A stretch of 24,452 nt of DNA from Methanobacterium sp. (GTDB lineage Archaea > Methanobacteriota > Methanobacteria > Methanobacteriales > Methanobacteriaceae): contig PMWA01000106.1 of assembly GCA_003166335.1 (NCBI GenBank), forward strand, positions 8,219 through 32,670. The letters are read 5' to 3'. The translations under genes and the position numbers were made by a program. Of this stretch, positions 9,801 to 17,600 are shown one piece after another (within the stretch, counting starts at the first letter, position 1; the number at the start of each line of letters is the position of its first letter). Under the pieces are notes generated by a model, which worked only from the letters and a program-made list of their open reading frames with translations, was not told where the DNA came from and searched no databases.

Positions 9801-10710
9801 ATTTAAAAGATGATAATGGCATTGGATATAAAGGAACAAATTCGCTCCTTAAATGTGGCTGAATAAACTCTTTTAACTCTTTTTTTTCCTCAAAATAAAA
9901 AGAGCCATCAGGCCATAAGAAATCAACATCAAACTTATCCATATAGTCTATATCGTGCCATAAAGCAGAACACATGTGTCCCAAGGCTTTAAAAGGGCGA
10001 TTTCTGTAAATAAAGTCTAATTCATTTTCTTCTTCATTAATTTGATCTAAATTAGGTAATTGTTGCTCATCAGAAAGGTTAATTCTAATAGATGGTTGAA
10101 AAATACAAGAGGATATATTTGGCTTAAATTTTTTTTCATCCAAATTTAATTCCAAATCATTAACAATATTCACTGTAATATGATATTTATCTCCTTCTAA
10201 AAGCGTTTTTTTAATATAAAGAAGGATTTCACCATCATTATCTATATTATCAAGGTTAAGGGTTTTTAATTCACTTTCACTACTATCAAGAGATATTTTT
10301 TTAATATCACAGTATGATCTTCTCTTCCATAAATTTTTCCCATCTTCTTGTTTTTCTTTGATCTTAAAATAACGTCCCCAAGTAATGCAAATTTTGAAAA
10401 CAGGCTTACTAGCTTTAATAATAAAAGAAATTCCGAATGATTTTGTTCTCATTCTTGGATCAATTTCTGAGGGAATTGTAGCGTCTATTTCCTCATTTGT
10501 CGAGTTATCATCTGGATTCAGATCTCCACCTTCTCTTGTAGATTCACTATCTGGATCTATAGCACCTTTATCATCTTTTAACTCATATTTTTGAGTTATC
10601 AAAACACCAGTTAAATATTCATCCCAAGGATCTTGGTCAATTTCCTCTTCAACACCATACCTTGGGCCGTAAACTTCTTTAATTAGTTCTTCAATGAATT
10701 CTTTTCTCAT
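6898..10710 (-). CDS. drmA: DISARM DrmA SF2 helicase, 1270 aa
   Basis: WRPFQLAF, Walker A TGGGKTESY, RYTLRLLTVQQF, DELHLI, ASTAT, TSMFGTGVD, YIQATGRIGR, RPRDLSHYE. Lies upstream of the DUF1998 and PLD genes. Start moved to ATG 10710, which has GGGGGGA at 10727-10721. Confidence 0.95.
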   Translation of the reverse strand: MRKEFIEELIKEVYGPRYGVEEEIDQDPWDEYLTGVLITQKYELKDDKGAIDPDSESTREGGDLNPDDNSTNEEIDATIPSEIDPRMRTKSFGISFIIKASKPVFKICITWGRYFKIKEKQEDGKNLWKRRSYCDIKKISLDSSESELKTLNLDNIDNDGEILLYIKKTLLEGDKYHITVNIVNDLELNLDEKKFKPNISSCIFQPSIRINLSDEQQLPNLDQINEEENELDFIYRNRPFKALGHMCSALWHDIDYMDKFDVDFLWPDGSFYFEEKKELKEFIQPHLRSEFVPLYPMPLSSFKLPEDEKSPSLSAKKLSEIWFNEDFDKLLVPVLEKYENWINSNVKEKDELPEKYKKIANNLINKQLKALERIKLGLHTLKSSSIAKLAFCFANKCISQQHEWSTINGEFIWRPFQLAFFLMTIESIINKDSEDRNTLDLLWISTGGGKTESYLAIMAFTMALRRIIAFNNPHIETGAGTSIISRYTLRLLTVQQFRRTIKLITAAEYLRVSHSSERYIGWRPNSCDIDGDWIYGSVRFSTGMWVGSAVSPLHLIGDNQAISLLRDGNGEDEWDNSSSEPAQVIKCPVCDSWLTIPKTGLPKEDNKLHFVVKSPESHLEVSKKLKNLKETTDFIGEATLSNKNHEEGYYTLSFIFTDQNIEKKEIDELWDELKDTFEIASLNLYRQGYFGSIKDLARHRERDEYSDFEIWCPNPECNLNNVFWREGVPLEHEESRFKLPDGNFERIIESPFKLGTRIPIPAYTVDEQIYSRCPTVIISTADKIARLAFEPRAASMFGNINKYNKFYGYHRDTLFPDKATESSKEHDISVDPFKAPDLIIQDELHLIDGPLGSLFGLYEAVVEGIIKKIGGNPKYIASTATIKNAEEQVNFLFSKDLFQFPPYGLDIDDSFFVKEEAPESAWDEGKRGRIYMGIYAPGRGPMTPQVRLWSRILKSSNEHRNEENILYYWTIVGYYNAIRELGGGGALYREDIEERLKAISGGSPRILNHDLTVELSSRMPSTTIPLILSEIERDGKRDKEESPNYDAIFTTSMFGTGVDISHLSMMVVNGQPKTTGSYIQATGRIGRSHGGLVVTFLKAGRPRDLSHYETFPSYHYRIHMGIEPVSVSPFSKGALWKAMGSSAVAFLRNAYNMQLKWYDKDGTIITEDNADDDIEFLYNHMKSRLNYIYKEDTAPVDFALKYLKTQIRRWKKIANNVDELKFNEYSMWHEPIYNVILGDPQHEHIDDIETVFKNVPQSLREIEETTGFWV

Positions 10711-10890
10711 TTTAAGTAATTCCCCCCAATTAGATAAAATTTTATAAGTTCGTTTAACTATAATAATATCAATATTAATCAATTTAATATGATTTACTAT
10801 TAAAAAGAAATAGAAACAGTTAACTGCAAATTAATTATATAAATTAGAAATAATTACATTAAATAACAAATAGGGGTAAGTTGATGCTAA
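10711..10890. promoter_or_regulatory. Divergent promoter region between drmA and the methyltransferase
   Basis: 180-nt AT-rich gap between head-to-head genes. Palindromic TATA-like TTATATAA at 10835-10842; purine-rich RBS-like motifs before both starts. Individual boxes are uncertain in AT-rich DNA. Confidence 0.5.
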
Positions 10891-12129
10891 ATGATAATCA
10901 TTGATATGTTTTCTGGTGGAGGAGGATTATCAGAAGGTTTTTTTAGATCTGGATACGAATTTGTTTCACATATTGAGATGAATCGTTATGCATCAATGAC
11001 TCTTGAAACACGTGCATTATATCATCATTTAGATAATAAAAATGATTACTATGCATATTTAAAAAGTGAAATTAATAGGGATCATTTTTTAGGTGAAAAT
11101 GAAGATTTATCAAAACAAGTCCGGGAATCTGTAATAAATGAAGAGATATCAAGTGAAACTAAAACTCCAATCATTAAGAAAGTTAAAAATAAGATGAATG
11201 ATATGGACATCGATAAAATAGACGGAATCATTGGTGGACCACCTTGTCAAGCTTATTCAGTTATAGGTAGAAGTAGATCTCCGGATTGTATGAAAAATGA
11301 TCCTCGTAATTATCTTTATGAATATTATGTTGAATTCTTGAAGGAATTTAATCCAGATTTTTTCATCTTTGAAAATGTTCCCGGAATGCGTTCAGCAAAA
11401 AAAGGATATATTTTAAAAGATTTTAAGAATAAAGTTAATAAACTTGGGTATAATACTGAAGCAAAGATCTTAGACGCAGGAAACTTCAATGTTCTCCAAT
11501 CCCGAAAACGTTTGATAATAATTGGCCATAAAACTGATAATAGCTTTTTCGAAACCATCGGCACATCAAAAAAGAAAAAATATAATGTTTCATCTATTTT
11601 AAATGATCTACCTATCCTTAATCCTGGTCAAGGAACAGATTCTCAACAACAATACAGAAAAGAGAAAATATCTGGATATTTAAATAATTTTAATATAAGA
11701 ACCAAAAAAGATGTTTTAATACATCATCAAGCTAGAAAACATAATGAAAGGGACAGAAAAATTTATAGACTCGCCATTAACACGTGGAATAAAGAGAAAA
11801 GGCGAATAAAATACAAAGAACTACCAGAAGACCTAAAAACCCACAAAAACAGGAAATCATTTGAAGATAGGTTTAAAGTTATAGCTGCTAATTCCAAATC
11901 TCATACCATAGTTGCACATATCTCTAAGGATGGGCATTATTATATTCATCCAGACATCAAACAAGCAAGATCGATTACTGTAAGAGAAGCTGCCAGAATC
12001 CAATCTTTTCCAGATAACTACAAATTTGAAGGACCCAGAACTTCACAGTACGTACAAGTAGGGAATGCAGTTCCTCCATTAATGGCAGAAAACTTGGCTC
12101 AGAAAACTAAGGAATTCATTGATAGTTAA
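10891..12129 (+). CDS. dcm: DNA (cytosine-5)-methyltransferase, probable DrmMII
   Basis: Motifs I (DMFSGGGG), IV (GGPPCQ), VI (ENV), VIII (QSRKR), IX (RSITVREAARIQSFPD) and X (QVGNAVPP). Adjacent to drmABC. Target site cannot be read from the sequence. Confidence 0.95.
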   Translation: MIIIDMFSGGGGLSEGFFRSGYEFVSHIEMNRYASMTLETRALYHHLDNKNDYYAYLKSEINRDHFLGENEDLSKQVRESVINEEISSETKTPIIKKVKNKMNDMDIDKIDGIIGGPPCQAYSVIGRSRSPDCMKNDPRNYLYEYYVEFLKEFNPDFFIFENVPGMRSAKKGYILKDFKNKVNKLGYNTEAKILDAGNFNVLQSRKRLIIIGHKTDNSFFETIGTSKKKKYNVSSILNDLPILNPGQGTDSQQQYRKEKISGYLNNFNIRTKKDVLIHHQARKHNERDRKIYRLAINTWNKEKRRIKYKELPEDLKTHKNRKSFEDRFKVIAANSKSHTIVAHISKDGHYYIHPDIKQARSITVREAARIQSFPDNYKFEGPRTSQYVQVGNAVPPLMAENLAQKTKEFIDS

Positions 12130-12130
12130 T

Positions 12131-12778
12131 ATGGGAAAAAGTGAAATTATACACGAAAGAATATTAAAATGGAGTAAAAGTAACTTAAGAGTTTTTCCAT
12201 GGAGAATAACATCAGATCCCTATAAAATTTTAATAGCAGAGATCATGCTGCACAGAACCCAAGCATCTCAAGTTGAAGAAGTCTATAAAACGTTTGTAGA
12301 GAAATACCCTGACTTTAAATCTATATGTAAAACAGGAAAACTAAAAATTTTAAGTGAGCTATCAAGATTAGGGTTAAAATGGAGGGCAAAATTTCTTTAT
12401 CAGCTTTCATGCACTTTATCTCAAGATTATAATGGAATAATTCCATTTGATAAAGGTAAACTTTTAGCACTTTCAGGGGTGGGTCCATACATATCTTCAG
12501 CATTTCTATGTTTTGCATACGATTCACCGGAACCAATACTTGATACAAACACGGTCAGGGTAATCGGACGCTTATTCGGACTGAAAATAACAGATTCATC
12601 AAGAAGAAGTAAAAAATTTGAAGATCTGATGAAAGAACTTGTTAATCTCGGAAACTGCAGATTATTTTCTCTTACTTTAATTGATTTTGCAGATGCTATA
12701 TGTAAATCAAAAAATCCATTGTGTAATAAATGTATGCTAAATACCATTTGTGATTATTATTCAGATATTATAGAATAA
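12131..12778 (+). CDS. mig: HhH-GPD [4Fe-4S] DNA glycosylase, Mig-type T:G/U:G mismatch glycosylase, 215 aa
   Basis: FPWR..DPYKILIAEIMLHRT, HhH LSGVGPY, catalytic LDTN and Fe-S loop C-x6-C-x2-C-x5-C at the C-terminus. No MutY C-terminal domain. ATG lies 1 nt after the MTase stop. Confidence 0.8.
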   Translation: MGKSEIIHERILKWSKSNLRVFPWRITSDPYKILIAEIMLHRTQASQVEEVYKTFVEKYPDFKSICKTGKLKILSELSRLGLKWRAKFLYQLSCTLSQDYNGIIPFDKGKLLALSGVGPYISSAFLCFAYDSPEPILDTNTVRVIGRLFGLKITDSSRRSKKFEDLMKELVNLGNCRLFSLTLIDFADAICKSKNPLCNKCMLNTICDYYSDIIE

Positions 12779-12896
12779 CCCATTTAACCTTCTAATTGTA
12801 AAAAATTCATTAGAATAAATTCTGCAAAATAAACCAAAAAGTTATTAATTGACGATAAACTTATTAATTTTTTACTATTTAGTTTTTTAATTAAAT

Positions 12897-14654
12897 CTAA
12901 TTTTTTTCTTCTGATATTTGTTTTATTACGTTTTCAATGAATTTGCCCAGTCTTTCTTCATCATTTACAGATTTTCCTGGTGTAAGGGGAAATGCTCCAA
13001 CTGATGGAATAATTTTATTTGTATATTCCTGATAGATTTTCGGAATTCTTCCAGGATATAGAACATATGCTCCTAAAGTATTTGCTATAGCATCTTTATA
13101 CGTGTGCATTTTATAAATATCATCATTTATAAAGCTGGTTTTAATGTCACATTTATATTTAGCATCAAAATGCAGTAAGTATTGTTTACTATTGTTTGTA
13201 ATAGTTAATGAGTAATCTGGTACCATTTTCAGAGAATAAGAGTGATTTTCAGGGTCTTTAGATGTGAATGTATTATTGTAGGCTAATTCCAGCTCTAAAT
13301 CAGTGTTATCAATAATAAACTTCTGTGATGATTCTTTACTTCTTTTAATTTGAATGGACCATTCTTTTCTATTGAAGTTAAATATTGATTCATAATTTGT
13401 TTTAGTATTTTGGAGTTTATTTAAGATTTTTATTAGTTTAAGATAGCACCAGTATTCGTATAGTTGGCTTAGTTTTTGTTGGAATCCTTTTATATCTTCT
13501 TTAATTTCTTCACATTGGAAATTGAATGCAAATTCAAAAATTAGGAAATAATCGAGAATATCTCGGTATCCTTCTTTTTTTTGGAGTACCTGTGAATTAG
13601 AGGGCAAATTATAGAGTACTCCAACTTCATTAAGCCACCCATCAAAAATGTACTCCTGGATAATTTCAGCATATTCTCTAGTTTTTTCGGCAGGATATCC
13701 TTCTATTCTTTCAAAATCTATGTAAATAATCATTTCAATTAAGAGTTCATTCAAAAGTTCTAAAAAATATTTGACGAATCTATTCTCAGGAGTATCTAAT
13801 GTGTCTTCATAATTTTTTTGGCTAATCCTTTTGGGAACATAATTCTCCATTTCCAGTGGCCATTTAGGAGGTGTTACATCTGTTTTTGAAAGATTTCCTG
13901 GATTTGATATTAAATTTATTAAATCTGTTGGTCCGATAGATGAGGCAAATGCTGTGGGCACTGTTTCAAAATATTGTTCGAGTATTTTATGGGGATCTCT
14001 CCTGATGTATCCATAAGAGCTTAAAAGATTTTCCGGACGGAATATATACTCCAAAAACATGAAATCTTCATAAAAACTCTTTTTTACTCTTTGTTGAAAA
14101 TTTATATATTTAAAAGTGGGAGATTTTTCATAAAAAATCAGACCTGATGCTGCTTTAGCCAGGTCAGCAATCATAGATGGATAATGGTTTTCGTAGTTCA
14201 TTTTTTTGGAACGTACCTCAAAAGGAATTTTGACAGATTTCAAACCATCAACTTCCACATCGAAGAAAGACTGACCTACATAGCTTTTAAAATTAAGAAT
14301 TCCACCATAGATATTCATATCAAACATTAAAGGTTTTAAAACAGGATCATTACCAACATTTTCCAGTGTAGGAAATCTTACAGTATTGGAGTTGGATTTT
14401 TCAGGAGTGAATATTAATTGATACTCGGTTTCTTCCAATAAAAAAATATTTTTCGAATCTAGAAATAATAATGGTGTATGATTGTCGAGTTTAGGAACAT
14501 CTGGAACGTTTTTAAAGCAAATTTTAGAATTGTTCATGTATACTGAGAAATCTGTACTCTTATGTTCATGCTCATGAAGTTCGTTTAATTTAATAACCCC
14601 TATAGGGTTACCTTCACTGTCAGGGAGTTTTATAATGATTTCCTGTGCTGACAT
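12897..14654 (-). CDS. mcrC: McrC-like nuclease (DUF2357 plus PD-(D/E)XK)
   Basis: DTPENRFVKY, GYRDIL, LYEYWCY, PDYSL...FDAKYK, DIYKMHTYKDAI, AYVLYPG. Starts 11 nt downstream of the McrB-type GTPase gene. Confidence 0.9.
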   Translation of the reverse strand: MSAQEIIIKLPDSEGNPIGVIKLNELHEHEHKSTDFSVYMNNSKICFKNVPDVPKLDNHTPLLFLDSKNIFLLEETEYQLIFTPEKSNSNTVRFPTLENVGNDPVLKPLMFDMNIYGGILNFKSYVGQSFFDVEVDGLKSVKIPFEVRSKKMNYENHYPSMIADLAKAASGLIFYEKSPTFKYINFQQRVKKSFYEDFMFLEYIFRPENLLSSYGYIRRDPHKILEQYFETVPTAFASSIGPTDLINLISNPGNLSKTDVTPPKWPLEMENYVPKRISQKNYEDTLDTPENRFVKYFLELLNELLIEMIIYIDFERIEGYPAEKTREYAEIIQEYIFDGWLNEVGVLYNLPSNSQVLQKKEGYRDILDYFLIFEFAFNFQCEEIKEDIKGFQQKLSQLYEYWCYLKLIKILNKLQNTKTNYESIFNFNRKEWSIQIKRSKESSQKFIIDNTDLELELAYNNTFTSKDPENHSYSLKMVPDYSLTITNNSKQYLLHFDAKYKCDIKTSFINDDIYKMHTYKDAIANTLGAYVLYPGRIPKIYQEYTNKIIPSVGAFPLTPGKSVNDEERLGKFIENVIKQISEEKN

Positions 14655-14665
14655 TATTTTTAGAC

Positions 14666-17600
14666 CTAATTGGTAAATGAAACAAAACGTTTTTCTTGAA
14701 GAGTTTTACCCATCCATTGTAACTTTTTAGCGCTACTGGGATATAATAAAAATTCTTCATTCAATTCTTGTAAATACCATATAGAGTTTTCTAATTCATC
14801 TGTATAACATAATTTGAACAGTTTTTCAAGGGTAATATCCAACTCTCGTTGCGATCCATGTATTTTGGGGAGCATTTTTTGCATAATCTGTGCATCGAAG
14901 TACCGCCTCCAGTTAATCCAATCATTAGGAGATTTTTCATATAGCCATGCTACATACATGAATCTTAATATCTCATCTATTACTCGGAAACCAAAATCAA
15001 AACCAGCTTTACCTAAAGTACTCTGGAAATTATTAATCTCATCAGCTAAAAAGCTCCATAAATCACTATTTTCCGGAATATGAACATTTTTTAAAAGATC
15101 TTCTAACTCTTTAACTTTTGTTTCCCTAATATTTAGATCAGAAAGAGGATCTTCTAGATATTTAATATCACCATTAAAATTGTTACTTTCAAATTCTCCT
15201 AATATATAGTTTTTAGCTGGGTAAGTGGCAAATTCTATGGTGTTAGCTCTATCTAAAACTTTAGGACTGAACATGTAGGTTGTCTCATCTACGTTGACCG
15301 TTCCAACTACTAAAATATTGTTTGGTATTTCCAATTCTTTAGGTATATTTAATGGGTTTTCAGGATTATTGTTAGAATGTAGAGGTATTGTTTTACCACT
15401 TTCCATTGCCGATAAAAAGTCAGCAAAATACCGTTCGACATGTGAGAGGTTCATTTCATCTAAAATAAGTATATAAGGATTATTACAGTCATTTAAGCAT
15501 TCTAATAACAGTTCTAAGGATCTTGTGTTTTGATATTCTTGTGTAATGACATTATAAAATCCGAGTAAATGTCGATTTTCTGTCCAATTAGCCCCAACAG
15601 GAATTATTTGATAACTGCCTTTATTTTTTGTCTGTAAAAATTCTGCATATAACTGGGCGATTTTAGTCTTGCCCGTGCCAGAATTACCGGTTAATATAAC
15701 AAAAGGTTTGACTTTGAGGGATAATAAGAAATTTTCAATGGTTTCAGAAGTGAATAAATAGTTTTTTTCTCTTAAGTATTCATTAAATGATTTATTTATT
15801 ATAATTTCAGTGAGGGAATTGTAAAGTTCTAACATTTTATTTAGATCAGATTCTAACTCTTCTTCATTGGGTAAGTTATCTGATGGATAAAATTTAGAAT
15901 AAATATTGGCCACTTCATAAAATGGGATATAACTCCCCTTTTTTCCCTTCAAATCAATTTCATTATTAAAATCAACTGTATCCAATTCGTTAAGCAATTG
16001 ACGGTATTCATCTGATTTTGTTTTTAAATCTTTTTTGTAGTTTTCATCTCGGTAAATTTCCCCAACACCCTGTCGCAGTGAAAGATATAATCCACTCATA
16101 TCTTCTCGTAAAATATAGTTAACAAAAATACCTTGATTAGGCGAATTTGTTATTTCTCGGTGCATTAAGGCTACATAAGGAGAATAATGCCATTTATCCC
16201 ATCCACTGGAGTAAATCTGATAATCTTCTCCAGTTTTTCTCGTTAACAAATTTGGTAATTGAGTTGCTAGGATATCCTTTACTCTTTGCTGTTTTATAGA
16301 AAATAATATACCTTCTTTAGCTGGTTTGTATTTATTTAAGAGGTCTTCTAATAAGTTTCTAATGTTTATGGGTTGAGTTTGAGAGGTTTTTACTTTAAGC
16401 CATTCTTCGAATTTTTGCCTATTACAAGAGTAATTACCTAAACTATCCTCACACATCCAGTGACAGAATGCATCAAAAGTTTCAAAATCTAATTCTGGGA
16501 TGAAATTTGAAAGTTTTTGAACCATTTTATGCAATTTTTCATTATTATCAATATATTCCTCTAATGTACCGGAAATTTTGTCATTATCGCCTAAAATTTC
16601 TGATATTAAATTATGAGTTGATACAGTTTTCCTGTTAATAAACCAGAATTCCGGTTTTAAATAATATAATGTAGGTGTAAGCATTGCCGTCTGAAAACCT
16701 TTCTTATAATCCCCTTTTTTGAAATTACTGATTAAACTTTTTTGGACTTCTTTATCATCAGTTTCCATCAATTTATTAATTAAATCACTAATAGCAATTG
16801 TTAAATTAGGTAAATCTTCATCTTTATATCCATATGCTTTAATATCACCTACTGCGACTGGAGCAATAGCAGGCTGTTTAATGGGCAATAAATGGTTTAT
16901 CGGAGGATCAATTATTTGACTTATTGCTTGTTCATCATTTTGAATAATATCGAAATACTTTAGAACTTTTTGACGTTCCAAATCATATTTATTAATATGC
17001 AAACTTCCTTCTTCGGATTCTAAAAAGGTAGTTTTAAATTCTTGGAATAATTCATTTATACAATTAAATGATTCAGTAATTGGGGTGTTGCTATTTTCCT
17101 CAATTTCATCAAATATCTCTTTAAAATTTGAGGATTTTTTTATATAAGTATTCTTTATTGCATTCCATTTTTTTGGTGTTATAGAGGTTATTGTTTGCTG
17201 AGCAAAGAAATAATCATCATCCATTTTTATAGGATCAGTTATTAACCATTCGACTTCTCTATAGTGGAAGTATTCTTTATCAGGATCTAAATTTAATTTA
17301 AATGATTCATTAGGACTAATATAATCGCTCCTAATCACTCCAATGCCTAAAATTCTTTTATAACCATCATTAGCAACAACTAGATCTCCTATTTGCATCA
17401 CATTTCCAAAGTTCCAGATCATACTAGTGTTGGCTCCAACCGTATCCTTTTTACTACATTTTTTTAATGCATCATGCAGAGCATCATATGTTTTATAACT
17501 CGTAAAACTTCGTCTTTCAAATTCTTTACATCCAAACCAACCAACTCCAATATAACCCTTTTCCTTAAAAATTGGCCACATTACTTGTCTTTTTTGGTAA

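Noticed and set aside
10711..10782. N-terminal extension of DrmA given in the ORF track (likewise 24054-24116 for CPBP, 12119-12130 for Mig, 6896-6907 for DrmB)
   Set aside because: Downstream starts have better RBS or translational coupling; the extensions begin at non-ATG codons.
12131..12778. Annotation as MutY or endonuclease III
   Set aside because: Lacks the MutY QQT motif and C-terminal domain and the Nth catalytic Lys; residues and context fit Mig.
119..13055. Inferring CCWGG as the MTase target from site content
   Set aside because: CCWGG sites are present (e.g. 119-123, 11623-11627, 13051-13055), but presence is uninformative; methylome data are needed.
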